Source: Candidatus Falkowbacteria bacterium (lineage in GTDB: Bacteria; Patescibacteriota; Patescibacteriia; JACRDY01). Taken from it: a DNA stretch of 53,893 nucleotides. Shown here piece by piece: positions 29,485 through 38,110 of the stretch. Under the pieces are notes generated by a model. The model saw nothing but the letters and a program-made list of their open reading frames with translations, did not search any database and had not been told where the DNA came from. Position numbers and translations under genes: made by a program. The stretch is from positions 1-53,893 of the forward strand of contig JACRDY010000062.1 in assembly GCA_016218485.1 (NCBI GenBank), read 5' to 3'. The first letter of the stretch is position 1. Each line of letters starts with the position of its first letter.

Positions 29485-32162
29485 ATAAAAAGATTATTGT
29501 GATGATGAATGTTATTTTTGAGTATAAAAATTTTCTTAGTCAGCTCAATGACCAGGAGATTAAACAGCCCGATACTCAAAAGTATCAGCCAATCCTGCCA
29601 GGGCAAAGCGGTAGTATGGAGCAAGCGCTGCAAGAGCGGCCAATAGACGGCGAGCGCCAGCAAGAACAGGCCGAAGAGCAGCGAAACATTGAGGTAATGA
29701 TTGCCAAACGGATTGTAGCTCCCGATGGCGCTCCGGAGCGAACGACAGGCGTAAATATACAACAGTGACGTCATAGCCAGTGAAGCAAAGATAAATGTCC
29801 GCAGCGCCATAATATCTGCCCCCGACTGGTAAAAATAGTAAAAGATCCCAAAAAGAATGGCGCTCGTCAGGATGCCGGAGAAAAAAATCAACGCTTTCAT
29901 TTGCCCGTCAAAGATCGTCTGTCGCCGCCCGCTGGGCGCCTCTGCCATAATACCACGCTCCTCCGGATCAGCGGAGAGCGCGAACACCGGCCAGCTGTCC
30001 TGCACAATATTAATCCACAGAATCTGCGTGGCCAGGAGCGGCAGCGGCAGATCCAGCACAATGGCGCCGCCGATTAAAATAATTTCGGAGAACCCGGAAA
30101 AGAGTAAATAGAGAATAACCTTTTTGATGTTATCAAAGATCACCCGCCCGCCGCGCACCGCTGCGACAATAGTCGCAAAGTTATCATCCAGGAGCACGAT
30201 GTCGGCGGTCTCTTTGGCCACGTCGGTGCCCGAGCCGAGCGCGATGCCGATATCCGCCGCTTTAATGGCCGGCGCGTCATTGACGCCATCCCCCGCCATG
30301 GCCACCACTTCACCCTGACGCTGCAGCTCCTCAACGATACGAATCTTGTGCCGCGGCTCCACCCGAGCATAGACATTGATGGTTTTAACTTTTTGGGCAA
30401 AAGCCGCGTCACCCAGCGCGTCCAGATCTTTACCCTCCAGCACACTCTCTTGACCAGTGGCAATACTCGCTTCAGCGGCGACACTCCGCGCGGTCAAGCG
30501 ATGATCGCCGGTAATCAAGATCGGCCGAATACCGGCCTGCCGGCATAGCGCGATCGTCTGTCGCGCGTCAGAACGGAGCGGATCTTTCAGCACCATCACG
30601 CCGGCGAAGATGAGGTCATTGACCAGATCGGTTAAATGGTGAACTGGTTTGGCGGTCAGCGGTTTATAGGCTACCGCCAAGAGACGCAAACCCTTACTGG
30701 TCAGAGCATCAAACCGACTCAATAACTGCTGTCGTTGAGCCGCCGTCAGCGCCTGTTTGGAACCATTCTGCTGCCACCAAGCCGAACGTGCCAGCAGCAC
30801 CTCCGGCGCGCCCTTAACCAAGAGCCCATAGGCGCCAACGAAATTTTCATTGACGGTCGCCATATACATTTCTTCCGAGGAAAACGGCGCTTCGGCCACG
30901 CGCCGATGAGCGGCCGTCAATTGTTCAGGCTGCAGTTCAGCCGACAGGCCCGCCATCAAGAGCGCCTGCTCCATCGGATCGCCGACAAACCGAGCGGGCG
31001 TGTTTGGCTCATCGGGATTGAGCATGAAACTGTCATTACAGAGCATACCGATACGGAGCGCCAGATCAACCGCATCGGAAATTTTGTCCACCCGGCGCCG
31101 CACTCCCAGCGCGAAGTCTTCCTGATCAGCTAAAACGGACACCACCCGCATGGCGCCCTCCGTCAGCGTGCCGGTCTTGTCGCTGCAGATCACCGTGGTG
31201 CTGCCCAGCGTCTCGGCCGCCACCAGCCGCCGCACCAAGGCTTTTTTCTTGAGAATTTTCTGCATGCCAATGACCAGAATAACGGTCAGGGCCACCACCA
31301 GCCCTTCCGGGATGGCCGCGACCGCCACCGCCACGCTGACGAGGAACATCTCTGTCGGATCGCGACCGCGGAGTAATCCAATGATAAACAGCGTCAAGGT
31401 GAGTAAAAGAATAGACAGGGCGATAAATCTGGCCAGTCGGCCGATTTTTTCCTGCAGCGGCGTGATTTCCTCGGCCGTATTTTTGACAAGGGTGGCGATG
31501 GCGCCGATTTCCGTAGCGCGACCGGTCGCCACCGCCACAGCTAGGGCTTTACCCCGCACCACCGCGGTACCCATATACGCCATATTTTCCCGATCAGCCA
31601 CCACCGTATCGGCAGACACCACCGACGAGGACTTCACGGAGGCGTCTGATTCTCCGGTCAGCGCCGCCTCCACCACCTGCAGATCATTGACCTCCAGGAG
31701 ACGACAATCCGCCGGCACCTTCATACCGGCTTCCAGCATGACAATGTCCCCCGGCACCACAGCGACGGTATCAACGAGCGTCGGCGCGCCAGCGCGGATG
31801 ACTTTGGCCTGGTACTGAATAACCGCCTGCAGACGGGTGATGGCCTGATTGGCCTTATTCTCCTGAATGAAACCGATGACCGTATTGATAACCACAATCA
31901 CCACGATCACCGCGGCATCCACCAGCTGATTGAGGAGCAGTGAGAGGACGGCCGCCAAAATCAAAATGTACACCAGCGGGCTTTTGACCTGGCGCAATAT
32001 GATTTGCAGGCCGGTTAATTTTTTTTCTGCCGGTAAACGGTTGTGGCCGAACTTTTTCAGCCGCTTATTCGCCTCACCAGACGTCAAACCGCCCCGATCG
32101 ACATTGAGCTGCTTGAGCGTCTCTTGAACCGTCAGGGCATGCCACAGTATTTCTCTAGTCAT
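29481..32162 (-). CDS. P-type cation-transporting ATPase (type IIA, Ca2+-like)
   Basis: TGES, PEGL, DKTGT, KGAPE, GDGVND; start MTREILW preferred. Confidence 0.95.
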   Translation of the reverse strand: MTREILWHALTVQETLKQLNVDRGGLTSGEANKRLKKFGHNRLPAEKKLTGLQIILRQVKSPLVYILILAAVLSLLLNQLVDAAVIVVIVVINTVIGFIQENKANQAITRLQAVIQYQAKVIRAGAPTLVDTVAVVPGDIVMLEAGMKVPADCRLLEVNDLQVVEAALTGESDASVKSSSVVSADTVVADRENMAYMGTAVVRGKALAVAVATGRATEIGAIATLVKNTAEEITPLQEKIGRLARFIALSILLLTLTLFIIGLLRGRDPTEMFLVSVAVAVAAIPEGLVVALTVILVIGMQKILKKKALVRRLVAAETLGSTTVICSDKTGTLTEGAMRVVSVLADQEDFALGVRRRVDKISDAVDLALRIGMLCNDSFMLNPDEPNTPARFVGDPMEQALLMAGLSAELQPEQLTAAHRRVAEAPFSSEEMYMATVNENFVGAYGLLVKGAPEVLLARSAWWQQNGSKQALTAAQRQQLLSRFDALTSKGLRLLAVAYKPLTAKPVHHLTDLVNDLIFAGVMVLKDPLRSDARQTIALCRQAGIRPILITGDHRLTARSVAAEASIATGQESVLEGKDLDALGDAAFAQKVKTINVYARVEPRHKIRIVEELQRQGEVVAMAGDGVNDAPAIKAADIGIALGSGTDVAKETADIVLLDDNFATIVAAVRGGRVIFDNIKKVILYLLFSGFSEIILIGGAIVLDLPLPLLATQILWINIVQDSWPVFALSADPEERGIMAEAPSGRRQTIFDGQMKALIFFSGILTSAILFGIFYYFYQSGADIMALRTFIFASLAMTSLLYIYACRSLRSAIGSYNPFGNHYLNVSLLFGLFLLALAVYWPLLQRLLHTTALPWQDWLILLSIGLFNLLVIELTKKIFILKNNIHHHNNLFI

Positions 32163-32180
32163 AGCTATGGAGCAGTATAC

Positions 32181-32210
32181 CAAAAAACTCCCCCGTTGGG
32201 GAGTTTTTTG
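32181..32210 (-). terminator. Intrinsic terminator
   Basis: CAAAAAACTCCCC-CGTT-GGGGAGTTTTTTG. Confidence 0.75.
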
Positions 32211-32228
32211 TTGTTTCACTGAAACCAT

Positions 32229-33881
32229 TTAATACCCATAGCCAAAACCACCACCATAGGACAGTGCCCCACCGAAAATTGGCAGAGAACGAGTCAACGT
32301 AGAATCAACCTGGTTACCGGAATTATTCTGCCATATCACGCCGCTGATTGTTTTACCCCCGCCCTTGACGTTCATTTGCAGCGTCCCGCTGCTGCATCCC
32401 GTTGTATCACCAAAGATATGAAGAGTTTTACTCATTAACCTTGGGATTACCAGCTGATTATTCCAAGTCCCAAAATTAGTCACATCAAAGCGAGAACCAG
32501 GACGTAGCCACGCCTGCCCTGCCGGGAGTGTCGCGTACGTAGTGGAATCATCACCCTTGATGGTCACCGGACCGGTGCCCGTAATCCGGCAGCTCCCCAC
32601 TACGGTGAATTCTAAATTATCAACCGTGATATCATCATTATCCGCTATGAGGGTTAAGGTCAACACCTCTTTATTAACCCCGGGAGTCGCAGAACCCCGC
32701 GGTGAAGCGCTATTGAGCGACACCCGCAGCACTCCATCCATCAAATAGTAGACCGACGATCCCGCTATACTACCATTACCATCACCGAAGCTGTCAATCG
32801 TAGTAGCCACGACCAAAACCCCGGAATTCACCCCTGTCGCCTCCATCAGGTAACTCCCCGCACCGGGGTTGCCATTCGCGCCCCATTCACTCCCGTCACC
32901 ATCGCTATCTCCCAAACCGATTTCCAGCATACTGCCGTCAATCAGCTGGGTTTTATCAACTAATTCAACTTTGATGTTCAACTTTGGATATGGATAAGTT
33001 GTTGACGCCACAAAAGCATCCGGCGGTAATTGAACTAATACCTTCCCGTTCTGATCCAAGACATACCCAGTGGCTAAACCAATCGGACTAGAATCACGGA
33101 ATAGATAAATCTTCTTTACATTAACGGCAGCGTTCGCTCCCTTGACGGCGATCCATAGTTTGGTTACCGCTACCGGTTCATTCAGTGCGATAAACATATA
33201 ACTCGTAACTGAATGCGTTCTGCCAGCGACCAATTGACCACCAACATCCCCAGCCTTCCGCACTTCCAGCCCCGGAGGTATGGCTGGAGGAGGCAGCGGC
33301 GGAGTGAAGGTCATAGTCGGTCCGATATAATTCTGGTTTTGCAGCGCCCGCATACCAAGTGGCCTAAGAATGACGATCTGGCCCCGAGGATTGATGGATA
33401 GATTCAAGCTTTCCGTCTGCGTCAGCGCGGCCACATCAATCTGAACCTTAAAATTTCTCTGCGTAGTCAAAAAAATATCGTTATCAAAAACGAGCTGGCG
33501 GTTATAGCTGTCAACTACTCCGGCGAAAGACCGCCCATCACTCACCTTGAGGACGGGGTTAGAGATTTTACTGATAGGCAGACTGCCATTGAGCGAGAAA
33601 GCTACCCGGTCAATCACCACACTGGGTGTACCGAGCGGACGAACGGTAAGACCAATCACCGGCGCTTGCGTCACGGCAGTGGTGAATGTCTGGCTGCTCG
33701 GGTCGCTATTTAAAAATACGGACAAACCTTTAACGGGTGAGAGGCCGCCCGCCACCGACATGGCAAAGGCCGAAATAGCGGCCAGCGACGCCGTCACCAC
33801 CGTCACCGCCAATAATACTTTCATGGCCGTGGCGGTCTTGGTGGTGGTCAGCACCGCCGTTGCTGGAGATTGATTAAACAT
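32229..33881 (-). CDS. Surface/secreted beta-rich protein with a Pro linker
   Basis: N-terminal hydrophobic anchor, repeated Ig-like modules, PPLPPPAIPP. Confidence 0.75.
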   Translation of the reverse strand: MFNQSPATAVLTTTKTATAMKVLLAVTVVTASLAAISAFAMSVAGGLSPVKGLSVFLNSDPSSQTFTTAVTQAPVIGLTVRPLGTPSVVIDRVAFSLNGSLPISKISNPVLKVSDGRSFAGVVDSYNRQLVFDNDIFLTTQRNFKVQIDVAALTQTESLNLSINPRGQIVILRPLGMRALQNQNYIGPTMTFTPPLPPPAIPPGLEVRKAGDVGGQLVAGRTHSVTSYMFIALNEPVAVTKLWIAVKGANAAVNVKKIYLFRDSSPIGLATGYVLDQNGKVLVQLPPDAFVASTTYPYPKLNIKVELVDKTQLIDGSMLEIGLGDSDGDGSEWGANGNPGAGSYLMEATGVNSGVLVVATTIDSFGDGNGSIAGSSVYYLMDGVLRVSLNSASPRGSATPGVNKEVLTLTLIADNDDITVDNLEFTVVGSCRITGTGPVTIKGDDSTTYATLPAGQAWLRPGSRFDVTNFGTWNNQLVIPRLMSKTLHIFGDTTGCSSGTLQMNVKGGGKTISGVIWQNNSGNQVDSTLTRSLPIFGGALSYGGGFGYGY

Positions 33882-33923
33882 AGATTTCGCTTGAGTGAAT
33901 TAATTATGAAAAATTAAATACTA

Positions 33924-34859
33924 CTATAACCCGGCCTGCAAACTCTCATCCCACTCTTTAGCCACCAGGAGTACATCATCTTTACCCACCACCGGCGTGG
34001 TTGAGACATTACCCACTTTATCCAGACTGACCTTGGCGGCCGCCTCATCAACCAGATCAATGGCTTTATCGGGAAATGACTTGAGCGTATTTTTCTTGGC
34101 TGATTCCACAGCCTGCGCCAGCGCCTCCTCGCTAATACTGACCCCGTGATGTTCTTCGTACTCTGATTTGATGCCGCGTAAAATTTGCAACGTTTCTTCC
34201 GGGCTCGGTTCATCCACCAAAATCGGCTCAAAGCGACGATCTAGCGTGGTATCGGGTTTGATAAATTTTTGGTACTCTATGATGGTGGTAGCGCCAACCA
34301 TTTGCAGATCGCCCCGCGCCAGCGCCGGCTTGAGGATATCGGAAGCGTCAATCGCCCCGCTGGCTTCTCCAGCCTCGGCAATGATATGCACCTCATCAAC
34401 GAACAAAATGATTTTCCGTTTAGCCGCCACGATTTCATCGGAAATCTTCTTGAGTCGCTGTTCAAACTCACCACGATACTTGGTGCCGGCCAGAATACTA
34501 CTCAAATCGAGTGACAGAACTTTTTTGTTTTTTAAACTCCGCGGCACTCTCCCCTGGACAATGGCTTCCGCCAACCCTTCCACAATGGCGGTTTTACCCA
34601 CGCCGGCTTTGCCGACCAGGACGGGATTATTCTTGGTCCGGCGAGATAGCACCTGGATCACCCGCTCAATCTCCTCACGACGACCAATAATCTTATCCAG
34701 CTGGTTTTGACGGGCTGATTGGGTCAAATCTTTAGCAAACATCATTAATGTCGGCACCGCCAATTCACCGTCTCGGCTTCCCCCCAAACCCCTTTTCCGA
34801 TAATAAAAAAAGGCTATAATAGCCAGGGGAAGGAGAATGACCCAATAATAATTAGACAT
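33924..34859 (-). CDS. Membrane-anchored single-module ClpA/B-type AAA+ ATPase
   Basis: TM, then RRTKNNPVLVGKAGVGKT, AGTKYRGEFE, LFVDEVH, RRFEPI, PDKAIDLVDEA; no second NBD. Confidence 0.88.
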   Translation of the reverse strand: MSNYYWVILLPLAIIAFFYYRKRGLGGSRDGELAVPTLMMFAKDLTQSARQNQLDKIIGRREEIERVIQVLSRRTKNNPVLVGKAGVGKTAIVEGLAEAIVQGRVPRSLKNKKVLSLDLSSILAGTKYRGEFEQRLKKISDEIVAAKRKIILFVDEVHIIAEAGEASGAIDASDILKPALARGDLQMVGATTIIEYQKFIKPDTTLDRRFEPILVDEPSPEETLQILRGIKSEYEEHHGVSISEEALAQAVESAKKNTLKSFPDKAIDLVDEAAAKVSLDKVGNVSTTPVVGKDDVLLVAKEWDESLQAGL

Positions 34860-34977
34860 AGGAGGCAGAGGAACAATACGGCGTATTTGACCGATTCAAA
34901 GAGATACAACTAGTATAGCAAATTTAGCAATAAAATGCAAGAAAAAATTTAATCTGGCAGGCGCTATGATTTGGCTT

Positions 34978-35091
34978 AACCCCACCCTGCCCCTCCCCTT
35001 ACTCCGCAAGGGGAGGAGACGATGTCTACCCGTTTAACGGGAAGCGCTGGTCTCTCCCCCTTATTCATAAGGGGGAGGACAGGAGGGGGTT
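34978..35091. repeat. GC-rich inverted REP doublet (BIME-like)
   Basis: AACCCCACCCTGCCCCTCCCCTT…AAGGGGAGG and CTCCCCCTTA…TAAGGGGGAGGACAGGAGGGGGTT. Confidence 0.75.
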
Positions 35092-35158
35092 TGCAGCCAA
35101 ATAAACACTATGGATAATTTTAATAAAAAAACACCTGCTCAAGAGAGAAAGTGTTTTT

Positions 35159-35231
35159 TGGTGGGTCCGGAGAGAATCGGACTCGTCAACGCGGCCGATA
35201 ATCGGCCCGCTCTCCATTATGAGCTACGGAC
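35159..35231 (-). pseudogene. tRNA-Lys duplicate with the anticodon arm replaced by GGCCGATWATCGGCC
   Basis: 59-nt exact duplication (35126-35184 = 35236-35294, period 110) covering the tRNA 3' end and terminator. Confidence 0.85.
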
Positions 35232-35268
35232 AAACAAAAAACACCTGCTCAAGAGAGAAAGTGTTTTT

Positions 35269-35343
35269 TGGTGGGTCCGGAGAGAATCGGACTCTCGACG
35301 CCGAGCTTAAAAGGCTCGCGCTCTACCACTGAGCTACGGACCC
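35269..35343 (-). tRNA. tRNA-Lys(TTT), CCA encoded
   Basis: GGGTCCG…CGAGC CT TTT AA GCTCG…CGGACCC-A-CCA; atypical T-loop TCCGATT. Confidence 0.9.
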
Positions 35344-35376
35344 ATGATACATCACTCATTAACCTTCTTACTCTTC

Positions 35377-35613
35377 TCAATATAAATCCTGAATAAACTT
35401 TTTACTTTTCTGTCGCTTAACAGAGTACTCAAATTTTATAGCGTCACTTTTATTACTAAAATTTTTAGTATACACCAACTTCCATGGACGCCTATTTTTC
35501 GTGGCGGCTGAACGGCCTTGGTTATGCCGCTTCAACCGATCATTCACATGAGCAGTACTACCAGTATAGTAATTACCATCTTTTAAACTTTCTAGTATGT
35601 AAACCCAGTACAT
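35377..35613 (-). CDS. Stand-alone GIY-YIG nuclease
   Basis: YWVYILES…YYTGST…RLKRHN…TKNRRPWKLVY…E. Confidence 0.92.
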   Translation of the reverse strand: MYWVYILESLKDGNYYTGSTAHVNDRLKRHNQGRSAATKNRRPWKLVYTKNFSNKSDAIKFEYSVKRQKSKKFIQDLY

Positions 35614-35625
35614 ATTTTAAGAGCT

Positions 35626-35674
35626 TCTCGACGCGGCCGATTATCGGCCCGCTCTACCACTGAGCTACGGACCC
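35626..35674 (-). pseudogene. 5' two-thirds of tRNA-Lys with the anticodon arm replaced
   Basis: GGGTCCGTAGCTCAGTGGTAGAGCG-GGCCGATAATCGGCC-GCGTCGAGA, 12 nt before the GIY-YIG ATG. Confidence 0.85.
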
Positions 35675-35678
35675 AAAT

Positions 35679-35819
35679 AATAATTACGAATTACTAACAG
35701 GAGTTACGCACTTCTAAAATTTTCAGCTAATTTTAGAGTAACAATAAAAATTATTAACAGCTAATTTTAGCCAATTTTTATTAAAAGTGCGTAACTCCTG
35801 TTAGTAATTCGTAATTATT
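35679..35819. repeat. Mirror element (AATTACG class) with a MITE at its exact centre
   Basis: Perfect 19-bp IR AATAATTACGAATTACTAA directly flanking the MITE. Confidence 0.88.
35698..35800. mobile_element. 103-bp MITE, copy 2 (inverted)
   Basis: Exact reverse complement of 3141-3243. Confidence 0.9.
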
Positions 35820-35838
35820 CAAACCCTATACTACCCCG

Positions 35839-36906
35839 CTACCCCTTGTTTGTCAATTCTCTAATGATTGCAAGCAATGCCTGTGTCGCGCCCGGTTTGA
35901 GTAATGATTTAATATTTCGGGATAGCTGATCGCGATCTGACGGATTATCCAAGAGCGCCTTAAGCTGCGCCACGAATCCGGCGCTGTCTAATCCTGATTG
36001 TGGTAAATACACCGCCGCGTGACTGTGAGCAAAGTACACAGCATTAGCTTCCTGATGGCTCTGCGGCAGTGGAATCACCACCGTCGGCTTACCCAATGCC
36101 GCCAGTTCACTCAAAAAACCAAATCCCGCGCGCGACACCACCACATCAGCCACCGCCAGAGCATCTGGCATTTCTGCCTGCAAAAATTCATAGGGATGGT
36201 ACCGCTCTACGGGCGCACTGACCACGCTCTTTCCCGCTCCGGTCACGTGGATGATTTGGCAGAATGCCGTCAAGTCAGACAAGCTGTCAGCCACTAACTG
36301 ATTGAGTACTGTTGCCCCGGTGCCTCCACCGATAACCAGAACTGTTGGCAGAGACGAGTCTAAACCGAAACGGTGGAGCGCGGAAGCTCTGCTCCCGGTC
36401 AGAATGCTCTGCCGCACGGGGTTGCCGATCCAGACAGTTTTAATGCGATTGAAATACGGCAGCGATTCGGCCAGCGCCACGGTAATACGCTGGGCAAACG
36501 GCGCCGAGAGTTTATTCGCCAATCCCGGAAGACAATCTTGCTGATGGACGACGACCGGAATCCGCAAGAGCCACGCCGAGAAGACCACCGGTACAGCGAT
36601 GAAACTGCCGGCGCTGACCACCACCTCCGGCTGCAGCCGATGGAGCAGCGCCAGACTCTGGATACAACCGTAGATAATTCTGAACGGATCCAAAAAATTT
36701 TGCAGCGAAAAATACCGGCGCACTTTGCCACCGCTGATCGGCTGAAAAGTAATACCGGCGTCAGTCACGACTTGGCGCTCGGGACCATTGGCGGTGCCTA
36801 TCCAAAAAAGCTCATCAACCGAACTGGCTGATTGCAGCGCTTCACTGACCGCCAGGAGCGGTGTGACTGAACCCATTGTTCCTCCACCGGCAAAGAGTAT
36901 TTTCAT
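35839..36906 (-). CDS. murG: MurG glycosyltransferase
   Basis: GGGTMGSVTP, GNPVR, GGGTGA, SRAG, HQEANA. Confidence 0.94.
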   Translation of the reverse strand: MKILFAGGGTMGSVTPLLAVSEALQSASSVDELFWIGTANGPERQVVTDAGITFQPISGGKVRRYFSLQNFLDPFRIIYGCIQSLALLHRLQPEVVVSAGSFIAVPVVFSAWLLRIPVVVHQQDCLPGLANKLSAPFAQRITVALAESLPYFNRIKTVWIGNPVRQSILTGSRASALHRFGLDSSLPTVLVIGGGTGATVLNQLVADSLSDLTAFCQIIHVTGAGKSVVSAPVERYHPYEFLQAEMPDALAVADVVVSRAGFGFLSELAALGKPTVVIPLPQSHQEANAVYFAHSHAAVYLPQSGLDSAGFVAQLKALLDNPSDRDQLSRNIKSLLKPGATQALLAIIRELTNKG

Positions 36907-36911
36907 ATTTT

Positions 36912-37000
36912 AGATTGTAGATTTCAGATTGCAGATTTCAGATTTGTTATAGTAGTAACGTTACATGCCGACTCAATCTGCAATCTGAAATCTGCAATCT
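36912..37000. repeat. Mirror-microsatellite element, unit AGATT(G/T)C, between ftsW and murG
   Basis: Perfect 19-bp IR 36926-36944 / 36982-37000. Confidence 0.9.
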
Positions 37001-37001
37001 T

Positions 37002-38108
37002 TTATATTTTACTGAACCGGCTGATATTCAGCAAAATACCCACGGCCGCTAAACTAGTCATCAGCGCCGTGCCGCCCGCGCTGATAAAGGGCAACGGGAT
37101 ACCGGTCATCGGCAGGAGCGAGAGCATCCCCATGATATTGATAAATGACTGAAAAATCAACCAGGTGATAATCCCGATCACCAACAGCCGGGAAAACCGA
37201 TCTGGCGTATTTTTGGCGAGCACAAATCCCCGATGAGCGAAAAACAGCAGGAGCCCAATGAACGCCGTGGTAAACAGGAACCCTAACTCCTCACCGATAA
37301 TAGCAAAGATACTGTCGCCCGTCACCTCCGGCAAATAGGAAAATTTCTGACGGCTATGCCCCAAACCGACACCGAAAAATCCGCCGGAGCCGACGGCAAT
37401 CAAGGACTGCCAGATATGGTAAGCAATCCCCTGCGGATCACGTTCAGGGTGCAGGAAGGCGGTAAAGCGATCCATCCGGTAGGGCGCGATTTTTACCAGC
37501 GCCAAAAACCCCGCCAGGCCGACCGCGCCAATAATCCCCAAATGTTTAAGGCTGCCGCCGCCAACAAAATACATAATCACCGCGGTAATCACGATAATAG
37601 ACAGTGTCCCTAAGTCAGGCTGTAAGAGCATCAAGACTGAAATAATCCCGAGTACTATCGCAAAAGGCAAAAAACTGTTATGCAAATCCTGCACCCGCTT
37701 CTCGCCGCGACCATCCAGCCAGGCCGCCAGGTAAATCAGAAACGTCAGTTTAACGATTTCCGCCGGCTGCACGGAAAAACCAAGAATCGTTATCCAGCTC
37801 TTGGCGCTGCCATACTCGGCGCCCAGTCCGGGAATAAAAACAAGCGTCAACAGCGCTATGGAAAAAATTAACAATGGCCAAGCCAGCTGCTTCAGCTTAG
37901 TATAGTGAAAACGGGAAAAAAAGAAAAACAGCGCTACACCAGGCAGTAAGCCGGTAACAATCTGGTGAATGACAAAGTAGTATGGTTGATTAAATTTCTG
38001 ATAGGCAATCGGCGTGCTGGCTGAAGATAAAACAATAAAACCGAAGAGGAGGAGCACCACCACTATGCCCAGAAGCAGGTAATCCGGCTGATGTCCGCGG
38101 TGCTGCAT
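37002..38108 (-). CDS. ftsW: Cell division SEDS protein FtsW
   Basis: QPAEIVK, QPDLGT, GLGHSRQKFSYLPE; located between murD and murG. Confidence 0.92.
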   Translation of the reverse strand: MQHRGHQPDYLLLGIVVVLLLFGFIVLSSASTPIAYQKFNQPYYFVIHQIVTGLLPGVALFFFFSRFHYTKLKQLAWPLLIFSIALLTLVFIPGLGAEYGSAKSWITILGFSVQPAEIVKLTFLIYLAAWLDGRGEKRVQDLHNSFLPFAIVLGIISVLMLLQPDLGTLSIIVITAVIMYFVGGGSLKHLGIIGAVGLAGFLALVKIAPYRMDRFTAFLHPERDPQGIAYHIWQSLIAVGSGGFFGVGLGHSRQKFSYLPEVTGDSIFAIIGEELGFLFTTAFIGLLLFFAHRGFVLAKNTPDRFSRLLVIGIITWLIFQSFINIMGMLSLLPMTGIPLPFISAGGTALMTSLAAVGILLNISRFSKI

Positions 38109-38110
38109 AG

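Noticed and set aside
35110..35310. 66-aa ORF with an internal repeat
   Set aside because: Antisense read of the tRNA-Lys duplication
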